This document shows, piece by piece, positions 23,158 to 32,442 of a stretch of 64,000 nucleotides of DNA. Below the pieces are notes generated by a model. It did no database searches. It was given only the letters and a program-made list of their open reading frames with translations, and was not told where the DNA came from. Every line of letters begins with the position of its first letter. Position 1 is the stretch's first letter. Source of the DNA: an uncultured Acidimicrobiia bacterium (GTDB lineage Bacteria; Actinomycetota; Acidimicrobiia; IMCC26256; PALSA-555); contig CAVSWW010000010.1 in assembly GCA_963731815.1 (NCBI GenBank), positions 134,252-198,251 on the forward strand, read 5' to 3'. The translations under genes and the position numbers were made by a program.

Positions 23158-24153
23158 GTGACCGCCGACGATTCCGCCGACTTCGAGGTTCGGCGCGCTG
23201 GCGCCGACGACGTTCCCGGACTCCTCGAGCTCGCTCGACGCGCGCTCGGATGGCGCGGCGACGCTGAAGACGCCGCGTTCCTCCAGTGGAAGCACTTCGA
23301 AAACCCTGCGGGACCTTCGCCGATGTGGATCGCGCTCGACGGTGACCGCACCATCGCGTTCCGCACGTTCCTCCGCTGGCCCCTCCGCGATCGTGACGAC
23401 CAACCGATCTCGGCAGTCCGTGCCGTCGACACCGCAACCGATCCGGACTTCCAAGGTCGCGGTCTCTTCACTCGGCTCACGCTCACCGCGCTCGACGAGC
23501 TCGAAGCCGCCGGCGTCCAGCTCGTGTTCAACACCCCGAACGCGAAGAGCCTGCCCGGTTACCGCAAGATGGGGTGGGCGGAGCTGGGCCGCCTCCCTGT
23601 CACCGTGCGGCTTACTAGGCTTCGATCCGCACTCAGGTTGGCCACCGCGCGCCAGCCAGCCAGCCGTTCGTCGATCGAGACGAAGTTGGGTGAGCCCGCG
23701 TGCGACGTCCTCGCGGATCCGACGCCCGTTGAGCGACTGTTGGCCGGCCAACCCGACGCACACGGTCTCAGCACTTCACGCACCCCCGCGCATCTCGCGT
23801 GGCGGTATGGACACCCCCCGCTCGCGTATCGGGCGGTCCTCCGTCGCTCGTCGCCAGAAGACGGGATGGTGATCTTCCGCCTGCGTCGCCGGGGCAGTGC
23901 CGTCGAGGCGGCGGTCTGCGAGCTGCTCACACCGGGCGGGGACGCTCGTGATGCCCGAGCGCTTGTTCATCAGATCGCAAGCGACGCACAGGCGGACCAC
24001 CTGATTCGGATCGGCGGTCCTGTCCTGTCGAGGATGGGTTTCGTTCGTGTGCCCGGGGCAGGCCCCATCCTGGCGTGCCGACGACTCGACGCCGGGCCGA
24101 CGCCTGGCCTCTCAGCGTGGGATCTCGCACTCGGCGACGTCGAGCTCCTGTGA
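23158..24153 (+). CDS. GNAT-family N-acetyltransferase with extended C-terminal domain
   Basis: Intact 331-aa ORF. AVDTATDPDFQGRGLFTRLTLTALDEL is an acetyl-CoA motif A of type Q/R-x-x-G-x-G. Confidence 0.7.
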   Translation: MTADDSADFEVRRAGADDVPGLLELARRALGWRGDAEDAAFLQWKHFENPAGPSPMWIALDGDRTIAFRTFLRWPLRDRDDQPISAVRAVDTATDPDFQGRGLFTRLTLTALDELEAAGVQLVFNTPNAKSLPGYRKMGWAELGRLPVTVRLTRLRSALRLATARQPASRSSIETKLGEPACDVLADPTPVERLLAGQPDAHGLSTSRTPAHLAWRYGHPPLAYRAVLRRSSPEDGMVIFRLRRRGSAVEAAVCELLTPGGDARDARALVHQIASDAQADHLIRIGGPVLSRMGFVRVPGAGPILACRRLDAGPTPGLSAWDLALGDVELL

Positions 24154-24350
24154 TGGCCGAACAGCGTCTTCATGAGCGCCAGAGAGATGTCGACGAAACT
24201 CGGGTGTCGCTTCGCCGAAACAGCGCCGCGATGCGTCCCGGCGGCCCAGCAGCGGGGCGAGCTCGTTGGGCGGTGCCCACCAACTACCATCGAGCCGCTC
24301 ATGTGTACCGATCGCCAGCCCCGCCGCGCTGCGGCTGAAGTGACAGGCTG

Positions 24351-26365
24351 ATGGACCTTCTCTCCTACCTCCGAATTCTTCGCCGCCGCTGGGCGTTGAT
24401 CCTCGCGGTGACGATCGCAGGTGTGGCGATCGGTGCCGGGACCGCGCTCGCGAGCTCCAGCAGCGGCGACGGCGACCGCTTCTACAAGGCGACGCACCTG
24501 ATGTTCCTCGAAACGACCAGCGAGGACTCGGGCAGCTCGACGTTCCGGAACCTCGACCAGATCGCGCTCCTGGTGACCACCGGTGACACGCCCGACCGGG
24601 TCGGCGAGCAGCTCGGGCAAGACGGTCGCGAAGCTGGCCGAGCACGTGATCGTCACCACCAACTCCCTGACGAGCACGCTCGACATCACCGCGGCAGCGT
24701 CGACCGCGCGCGAAGCGGAGGAGATCGCGGACACGTTCGCCGAGGAGTTGATCGCGAACCTCGACGAGAAGGACCAGGAACGCTACAACGAGAAGCGCGA
24801 CCGCATCGTCACGCGCCTCGACGAGCTGCAGACCCAGATCAACACGTTCGACGCCCAGGTCGCCGGCGGCGGTGGCGACCTCGTGAAAGCGCAGCGGGAC
24901 GGACTGGTCAACCAGTACCGCGTGACCTACGAGCAGTTCCAGCAGCTCGCACAGGAGGGCAGCCCGGTCACGTTGCTCAGCACCCTCGAGGAGGCGACGC
25001 CGGTTCCGATCGGATCCAGCGAGTACGACGAGCGACTCAACCTCGGCCAGCTGGGAGAGAACATCAGACAAGCCGGCTCGACCAGCGACGACAGCAGCAC
25101 GGAAGAGATCGCCGGCACGTCGTCGAACCTCGGCGGACCAGTCGCTCGCGGCGCGTTCGGTGGCTTCCTGGGCTTGCTCATCGGCGGCGGGATCGCGATC
25201 GCCATGGAACATCTCGACCGGCGCCTCCGCACCCGCGAGGAGGTCGAGGATCTGTACGGCGTGCCGGTGCTGGCCGACATTCCCAAGCTCCTGAAGCAAC
25301 AACGTCACGATCCACAGGTGCTGTCGCACACGGCGCCGCTCTCGCGGACAGCGGAGGCACACCGCGCCGTTCGATCCGCGTCTGCTGTTCCAACACGTCA
25401 CCCGACAGACGTCGGGTCCGAACGGCGACGGCGTTGCTGCCAGCACTGCGTCGTTCGTCGCGCCCGAGGAAGGTGCAGACCACGCCTCGCTCGTCGTGCT
25501 GGTCACGTCGGCACTGCCGAACGAGGGGAAGACGACGACGAGTGCGAACCTCGCCGCGGTCTTCGCAGAGTCGGGTGCATCCGTGCTTGCCGTGAACTGC
25601 GACTTCCGGCGACCAACGCTGCACCGCTATCTCGGAGCCGAGCAAGAGCCGCGGCGAGTGCAGGAGTCGAACATCCCAGGCGTCGCGCTCGTGTCGGGTG
25701 TCGTGTCCGACCCGGCCGCCAATCCCGCCCAGGTCATCGCCGCGCAGCGTCAGGTGGTGGCGACCGCCCGCGACCGCTTCGACGTGATCATCCTCGATAC
25801 TGCGCCGCTGCTCACGACGAACGACGCGATCGAGATCATCCCGGTCGTCGACCTGGTCGTACTCGTTGCTCGACCGGGCGTCACCACCGCCGACGCAGCC
25901 GAACGAACCCGAACGCTCTTGGGGCGAGTCGACGCCCCGGTCGCCGGCGCAGTCTTCGTCGGCGACGAAACAGTCCCGAACGACCCGTACTACTACTACT
26001 CGCAGGCCAGCGGCGCGGCGGCGGCCTCGGCAGCCGGCGTCCCAGACCGGCAGCCACCGCCGGAGATCGCGGAAGACCTCGAGGTCGTCGATCAGACGGC
26101 ACCCGAGGAAGCTGACGCCGTCGAAGAACCCGATGTGGCCGAAACGGCCGACGAGGCCGACGAAACCGAGAACGACGAGAGCTTCGTAGCCTCGGCCTCC
26201 GAGCCCGCCATCGGGCCACGCGAGTCGGGCGTTGGCACCGCAGACCAAGACGAACCGACCGAGGAGATCGCCGCCGTTGCCACGGCCGACAACGAGCCAG
26301 ATGCGGAGCGCGAGCTCGAGTCGAAGCCGCGTCGCAAGAAGCGGCGGTTTCGGCGCTCAAACTGA
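24351..26365 (+). CDS. Wzz-domain polysaccharide co-polymerase fused to BY-type tyrosine kinase (Wzc/CapAB-like); two or more apparent frameshifts
   Basis: The N-terminal TM is WALILAVTIAGVAIGAG, followed by a coiled periplasmic region and a second TM, GFLGLLIGGGIAIAM. Kinase motifs are Walker A VTSALPNEGKTTTSANLA, A' LAVNCDFRRP and Walker B VIILDTAPL. A Tyr cluster NDPYYYYSQ is followed by an acidic tail of about 130 aa. Confidence 0.8.
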
Positions 26366-26499
26366 GCGAAGGGATACGGAACTTGACCACGCTTCGTGAT
26401 CCAATGGGAAGCTCTCGCCACGATAGGGTTGCCGGGAAACCCTGGGGCGGGTAGGGTGCGCGCGACTGAGTGGTCGAAGGGCAAGGACTGGGACGCAAA

Positions 26500-27009
26500 A
26501 TGGCTGGAACCGACGTGGGTGAGCCCGGGCGCACTGGTGTCGATCGTCGAACGCTGATTCGGCGCGCCGCCGTCGTGGGAGCCGCGGCATGGACCGCGCC
26601 CGTCATCATCGGAAGCCTGACCTCACCGGCTGCCGCGGTCACTGGCCCGCTGGGGTGCACCATCGTTTGCTTCAACGGTGGAAACTGCGGCTTCGATCAG
26701 AACGGCGCGACCTGTGCTCCCAACACCCCCGCGGCAATGCACTACCACCAACAACGAACAAGCGGTACAATGCATTTCCGTGGAGCTGCGGCGGTGGAGG
26801 CTGTAAGTGTCAGGGCGCGACACCGATCACGGTGAGCGTTCTCGCCGGTTGTTCCGGCTGCACGATTGCCGGCCTACTCGATCAACGCCAATCCGCAGGG
26901 TGGTTGCCCGGTTGGTACCGCACTCCACATCCCGGCTTCCGCCGAACTCGACTCCCCCGCGCCAGGCACCAACTACAACCAGTTCTGCGTCGCCCTGGTC
27001 TGCGGCTAG
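26500..27009 (+). CDS. Tat-signal Cys/Gly-rich secreted protein. Either one frameshifted gene of about 170 aa, or a 111-aa gene (26500..26835) plus a short downstream peptide ORF ending at 27009.
   Basis: From ATG 26500 the ORF has a twin-arginine signal, VDRRTLIRRAAVVGAAAWTAPVII...PAAA. It then reads GPLGCTIVCFNGGNCGFDQNGATCAPNTP. Another frame gives SCGGGGCKCQGATPITVSVLAGCSGCTIAG. The original frame resumes with YSINANPQGGCPVGTALHIPASAELDSPAPGTNYNQFCVALVCG and a stop at 27007-27009. Confidence 0.45.
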
Positions 27010-27028
27010 CGGCGCAGAACCGGGCTTC

Positions 27029-27889
27029 ATGTCGCTTCGGTCTTGGTCGACGAGTCCGTTCGACGTGCTCGGCTTCCGCTTCCAACTTCGCTGTGACGAC
27101 CGAAACCTGACGGCGCACGTCGATGAGCTCTTTTCGGGGTTTGCCGATTCGAGGCCAGCGCTGCATCAGTACCAGCTCAGCGCCATCGAGCACCCGACCG
27201 GACGGGTGGGTTACGAGTTGAGCCTCGATGGCGATCGGTTGTTCGAGGCGGAGGTTCCGAAGCGTTTGGTCGGATCACTCGTCCGGGACATCAATCGACG
27301 GGCTGTCGAGGGGGCGCGCGAGTTCGTTCTCCACGCGAGCGGTGTTGAGCATCGGGGAAGTGGTGTGGTCTTCCCAGCGCCGATGGAGTCGGGCAAGACC
27401 ACGCTTGCTGCCGGGCTCGTCCGAGAGGGGCTTGCCTATTTGACGGACGAGGCGATCGCGATCGAGCCCGCGACGCACGTCGTCAAGCCCTATCCGAAGC
27501 CACTGTCGATAGATCGCGGCTCCTGGAGCCTGTTCCCCGACTTGAGGTCGCTTGCAGACCCAAACGGCGACGAGACCGAACAGTGGCAGGTGGCACCGCA
27601 GTGCGTCGGCAGGATTGGTCGGGCTTGTCCGATCAATGTGATCGCTTTCGTCCAATACACGCCATGGGGGGAAACGGAGCTCGTCTCAATCACTCGCCCC
27701 GAGGCGCTCATCGAGCTCACGAAGAACACCTTCCGGTTCGACGCGCGACCGAGAGCATCGCTCGACCTGCTCACCGAAGTTGTGCGCGCGGCCGACTGTT
27801 ACCGCTTCACGATTGCCGACCTGCAGGAGGCTGTCGAGCTCGTGTTCAACCTCCTCGGTGTCACGACAACGGCGCAGGAACCTCGGTGA
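27029..27889 (+). CDS. HPr kinase/phosphorylase C-terminal-domain-like P-loop protein (HprK-related)
   Basis: Read from ATG 27029 in ORF 26807..27889. FVLHASGVEHRGSGVVFPAPMESGKTTLAAGLVREGLAYLTDEAIAIEP matches the HprK-like lHa..v...G.gv.f.G.sG.GKtTla..L...G...l.D. pattern. There are no frameshifts. Confidence 0.7.
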   Translation: MSLRSWSTSPFDVLGFRFQLRCDDRNLTAHVDELFSGFADSRPALHQYQLSAIEHPTGRVGYELSLDGDRLFEAEVPKRLVGSLVRDINRRAVEGAREFVLHASGVEHRGSGVVFPAPMESGKTTLAAGLVREGLAYLTDEAIAIEPATHVVKPYPKPLSIDRGSWSLFPDLRSLADPNGDETEQWQVAPQCVGRIGRACPINVIAFVQYTPWGETELVSITRPEALIELTKNTFRFDARPRASLDLLTEVVRAADCYRFTIADLQEAVELVFNLLGVTTTAQEPR

Positions 27890-28452
27890 CACACTCGAAT
27901 GAGCGTTCCTTTCGCGAGACATCCGTCCCAGCCCGGTCAGCTGCGGTACATGCGGTCGAGGTCGATGGTGAGGCGGTGCTGCTCGACGAAGTTGCAAACC
28001 GGCTCCATCACCTCAACGGCACCGCCACACTCGTGTGGAGCTGCTTGGATGGCATCTCGACCATCGACGAGATCGCGAAGGATGTAAGCGACGAGCTCGA
28101 TCTTCCGCACGCGCAGGTGCTGGCCGACATCCTGGAACTCACGTGCGAGCTCGGGGAGCAGGGACTGCTGGCTGTGAACGAGATGGCTCGCTGGCGGCGT
28201 CGGCCCGACGCGCTCTGGCGGCGGTCGCTGGACGGCGTGGTCGTGCTGCCGGCAGATGGCGACGCGCCGGTCTCCCTCGAAGGCACCGGTCCTGCCCTCT
28301 GGGACCTGCTGGCCGAAGCGAACGACGTCGAAGCGCTCGCCCGCAAGCTCGCCGGCGAGCACGGCACGGACCCCGCGGTCGTCGCGGCTGACATCGAGCC
28401 CGTGCTCGAGGACCTCGAAGCGGCCGGGGCGTTGGAACGCGTGCCGAACTAG
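27886..28452 (+). CDS. protein with two tandem PqqD-family (RRE-type peptide-binding) domains
   Basis: GTG 27886 overlaps the upstream TGA (GTGA). Domain 1 is AVEVDGEAVLLDEVANRLHHLNGTATLVWSCLDGISTIDEIAKDVSDEL...LGEQGLL. Domain 2 is RRSLDGVVVLPADGDAPVSLEGTGPALWDLLAEANDVEALARKLAGEHG...LEAAGAL. Confidence 0.7.
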   Translation: MTHSNERSFRETSVPARSAAVHAVEVDGEAVLLDEVANRLHHLNGTATLVWSCLDGISTIDEIAKDVSDELDLPHAQVLADILELTCELGEQGLLAVNEMARWRRRPDALWRRSLDGVVVLPADGDAPVSLEGTGPALWDLLAEANDVEALARKLAGEHGTDPAVVAADIEPVLEDLEAAGALERVPN

Positions 28453-28471
28453 CTCCGTCCCGACGCCGAGA

Positions 28472-29021
28472 TCAGGTCGGATCGACTCCCGGCGGCCACG
28501 CAAGATCCACGAGGCACGCGACCAGGTCCGCGATCTCGTCGGCGGTCTCTTCATGCTCGATTCTGGTGCCCCCAGCGGGGTCGGCGACGTCGTCGTCGAG
28601 CGACGCTCCGAGCAGGTCCTGGGTCCGGCGCCCCTGGTGCACCCGCCGCGAGCCACTCTGCAAGTGGCTCGCTGCTGCGGCGCCGGCCCACCACCTCTCC
28701 GCGTCGGACCGCTTCCTTCAGCGTGAAGCTTCGGGGCCAGATGCTGGAATCGGCGACGACCGCGTCGCGGACATGCAGCCGCTCCATCGCCAGGATCAGG
28801 TCGAAGGAGGCCAGGTCATTCAAGAGGATGCTTCGATGATCGCTGAGGTCGAGGCCGCGTGCCTCTGCGACGCTCTGCGTCTCCGTCGTGACCGGGTAAC
28901 CCGGATCACCAAACCCGGCCGAAGCGACGGTCGCCTTCACACCCCTCCGAGCCAGCGCCTCACCGAGCATCGCGCCTGCCAGCGGAGAGCGACACCGGTT
29001 GGCCGTGCACACGACCAGCAC
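28472..29021 (-). CDS. low-molecular-weight protein tyrosine phosphatase (Wzb-like); one apparent frameshift near 28650
   Basis: MLVVCTANRCRSPLAGAM carries the C-x5-R-S P-loop. The C-terminal DDVADPAGG (DP motif) lies in the ORF 28472..28663 frame. Confidence 0.75.
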
Positions 29022-29083
29022 GCGGGCCTGCTGCCACCCGCCGTGGTCGCTCCTGACGCCAGTGAGCGTGACGAAGGGCGGAA

Positions 29084-29362
29084 TCAGGCTCGGGCAAGCA
29101 CCTGGGAGCGGCGCCGGGCGGCCACGACGACGATCCCACCGACGGCGATCGCAACCAGGCCGATCAGGACCAGCGACGGGGTGTTGTCAGAGCCGGTGAC
29201 CGGGAGCCGGCCCGAGGGTGCTCCCGGATCGGTTTTGGAGACCGTGACTCCACCGGGGGGCGGCGGCGTGTAGTCGTCGTCGGTCTGGGCAAGAGCGGCT
29301 GGAGCACCCAAAGCGACGGTCAGCACCGCCACCAGCAGCGTGATCTTCAGCAACCTGCGCAT
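29084..29362 (-). CDS. very small LPXTG-type cell-wall-anchored protein (92 aa)
   Basis: From ATG 29362 there is a signal peptide MRRLLKITLLVAVLTVALGAPAALA. A mature segment of about 35 aa follows, QTDDDYTPPPPGGVTVSKTDPGAPSGR. It ends with LPVTGS, a hydrophobic helix and an RRRS tail. Confidence 0.55.
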   Translation of the reverse strand: MRRLLKITLLVAVLTVALGAPAALAQTDDDYTPPPPGGVTVSKTDPGAPSGRLPVTGSDNTPSLVLIGLVAIAVGGIVVVAARRRSQVLARA

Positions 29363-29464
29363 CGCCACCCTCCCAGCGGGCCGGGGGCTATGACCCCCAA
29401 GACAGGGCACACTGTCGCACACTGGGGGGCCGGTGTCCACCGCGCAGAGTGGTCAGTCCGGTGT

Positions 29465-32400
29465 TCACGTGCCGGCTTCCAACCGATCCCAGAGATCGAG
29501 CGTCGGAGGCTTCGGCGCCACCTGCACCCGGATCCGTCGGTCACGATCGAGCTCGATCACGCCGGTCGCCAGGCGGTCGAAGGGCTGCGTCAGGCCTGGG
29601 GCGGCCGCGATCTCCCAGCCGTCCGGGCACCCGGATCGAGGCCTGGAACCGGTCTGGCACCAGTGTCGGCTGGTGATCGAGCGCGAGGTCGTACCAGCCA
29701 TCCGGACGTAAATCGACTCTCCCGGACAGCCTGAGGCGGACCGTTCGTTCGCTCTTCGCTGGGATCGCCAGCAGCTTCGAGTACACCTCACGGCCGCCTT
29801 CCTCGTGCGCCGTGAACTCGACGGGCTCTCCCTCGACCGTCATGCGTTCGATGCCGAGAGGGGTGTACACCGACACCAGCGCCCGGTTCTCGCCAGCGAC
29901 GAAGCTCTCGTCGAACGGGCCGATGACGATCTCGGGGAGTCCCGCATCGGGAGCGGTGTTCTCGAGTCGGATCGTGAGGCGTGCCTGCACCAGCGCGGTG
30001 CGTTCGTCGGCGTCGGGCGTGAGCCGGACCCGATACTCGATGCGACGATCGAGGTAATAGTCGATCTTGTTGGCCGCCGAGTTCTGCGTGTTGACCGCAA
30101 GCGCGTCGGACTGCACCGGCGCCAGCTCGCCCGCGACATCGAGCTGTTCCGCAAGCCGCTGCTCGTCGTCGCGGGCGAACGCCAGCTGGACGTGCCCCTC
30201 GTGGGCCGCGCCACCGAGGATCTTCGCGATCTGCGCCGGCTCACCGAGGCTCGTCGAGGTCGCGGTGTCAATCGCCTCCCGGGCGACATCACCCAGGAAG
30301 TCGAGCTCGGCCGGGTTGGTTCTCGAACCTCGAGTACTGGTCACGCAGGGTGATATCGACGACGTTGTTCGGCAGTGATCTGCTCCGGCCAACCAGGAAC
30401 CCGGATCGGGCCGGTGAGCTCGAGCAGCGCCGCGAGGCCGACCGGGTCGACGGCGATCACACCGTCCACATGGCCCAGCCCCACTTGCGGGGCAAGGCTC
30501 ATCAGGATTCCTGCCGCGGTCGGGAAGTCTTCCGAGAGGTTCGCGTCCTGCATTGCGAACTGTGGCCGGAACGGAAAGCGCTCGGCGAAGCCCGGCGGCA
30601 TGTCGACCATCGGGATCGGGATGTTCTGCACGGCCCTGTTGAACTCGGTCGGCTCGAACAGCTCGCCGAGACTCACGTCACCGTCGGAAGCGGTGAGCAG
30701 ACCCCAGTTGCCGATCAGGCCGCCGGTGGCCGCGCAGCTCAGCGTTGTTCTGCACGACGAGCAGGTAGTTGCGCGTCGCGTCCGCGCCGAAGATGGCCGG
30801 CGACAGCTTCGCGGCTGCGCGCCGCGCGGCGCGCCTCCCCCGCGGCTCGCCGGAGCTGGCGCGAGATGTCGTCACGCGCCTCTTCCACCACGGAGAGCAG
30901 ATACGGATCGTCGAGGTCGTCCAACTGCTCGAGCGCGTCCTCGAGCGCCCGGGCGCCATCCTCGAGAGCCGGCGTGACCCGCCGCACCTCCTCGATCGGG
31001 AGCCGGCCGTCGACGACCTCGAGCGTCGACGGGTCGACGGCAGTCGTCACGTTCTCCCCCGAACGGGCGAGGTCGAGACCGATGTCGGCGAGCGTCCGCG
31101 CGGCGCGGAGGTTCGACGCGAGGCCGGGCACGAGCAAGCCACCGCTGAGGAGCGGTCCGTGCGCGGTGTCGCTCGCCTCCTCGAACGCTCCGGCCACGCG
31201 GCGGAAGCCGATCTCTGCGGTTGCCGCGTCGCCCTCGCGCGCCGCAGCCAACGCACGGGCCGCGTCGCGCCTGCCCTCCTCCATCAGATCGCGGACGTCG
31301 CCGACCGCGATCGCGGTCGGCAGCACCGCGACGACGGCGAGGGCGATGATCGCGCCCACGACCACCCGGACACCACGGGGAAAGCCGCGCGCCGGCTCCT
31401 GCTCGAGCCGTTGGCGGGTGGCCTCGACGCCGATCGCGCCGACGATCAGCGCCGCCAGCAGCACGCCGAGCCATACCGGGAGCACGCTCCGCCCGGTGAA
31501 CACGGCGATGAGGACGAGCAGCAGCTCCGCGACCAGCAGCCCGCCAACAGCCTCGGTCGTCGACCAACGCAGCGCGACGAGGCGATGCAGCAGATGATCG
31601 CGGCGCGCATCGACCAACGATTGGCGCCGACGGAGCCGGTCGAACACGACGATGACGCCGTCGAGCAGCAGCAGACCCACGAGGATCGCGGGCACCAGGA
31701 GCTCGCCCGAGGGTTCGATCGGCAGGTCGACGGACAGCGCGCCGACCGCGAGCACGTAGCCGATGGCGAGGCGACCCGACCGACCGATGAACAATGAGGC
31801 AGGACGGAGGTTGAACGCGAGGAATGCGAGACACGCACCGGCGAGCCCGAGTGCGACGGCTGCCAGCGAATCCTGCTCGCCGAACGCGGCGAGGGCGAAC
31901 ACGCCGACCGCCCCGACGGCACCGAAGATCGGGGCGAGCCCCTCGGTGTTGCCGAATCCGTTCGCGGCGCCCGTCGCCAGGGCGATGATCCCGAAGGCGA
32001 GGAGCGCGTCGACGATCCCGACACCTGTTGGACCGGCTTGTGTCCCGGTCACCACTGCGATGCCCGCCATCGCGAGCACCGCAACGAACACGATGCGGTC
32101 GCCCTTGGGCTGACGGTCGGCGACTGCTGCGACGACGCCAAGCACGACCGCGCCGAGCGTTGCGACGAGTGCGCCTTCACCGAAAGTTGGTGATGAGGCG
32201 AAGCCGATCACCGGCCCCAGGAGGATGAGGATCCCGGCACGCCGACGTACTCCCCGGTTTCGTCGTCCTCGGGATCGAGCCTCGTGGGCGGAGCGCCTCA
32301 GGAACCAGCCCAGCACCAGCATGGTGAGGGCCGCGAGCGCGAACGTGAGCAGCCAGCGGTCTCCGGCCGCGACGGCGAGAGGCATCAAGGCCGGCGGCAT
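29465..32400 (-). CDS. MraY/WecA-like polytopic domain fused to a DUF4012 extracytoplasmic domain; several apparent frameshifts in the DUF4012 part
   Basis: ORF 30739..32400 covers about 330 aa with roughly 10 TM helices, and continues in the same frame into the DUF4012 N-terminus. DUF4012 blocks include IFGADATRNYLLVVQNNAELRG (ORF 30678) and HVDGVIAVDPVGLAALLELTGPIRVPG (ORF 30341). The C-terminal beta-rich part is in ORFs 29541 and 29465. Confidence 0.65.
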
Positions 32401-32442
32401 CAGCAGATGCTACGAGCGACGCGCCCGACGCGGGCGCGGGGA

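Noticed and set aside
24112-25506. Long antisense or off-frame ORFs throughout the window, for example 24112..25506(-), 25178..26248(-), 30769..31797(+), 34460..36037(+), 43968..45284(+), 45007..46449(+), 54298..56511(-) upstream part, 56675..58399(+)
   Set aside because: They are Arg/Ala/Pro/Gly-rich with no motifs. They lie opposite or out of frame to genes with clear family signatures. These are typical shadow ORFs of high-GC DNA, where stop codons are rare in all frames.
27029-28452. Lasso-peptide biosynthetic cluster (HprK-like kinase plus PqqD suggested this)
   Set aside because: No asparagine-synthetase-like cyclase, transglutaminase-like leader protease or typical short Gly/Asp-containing core peptide is present in the window, so the module cannot be called a lasso cluster.
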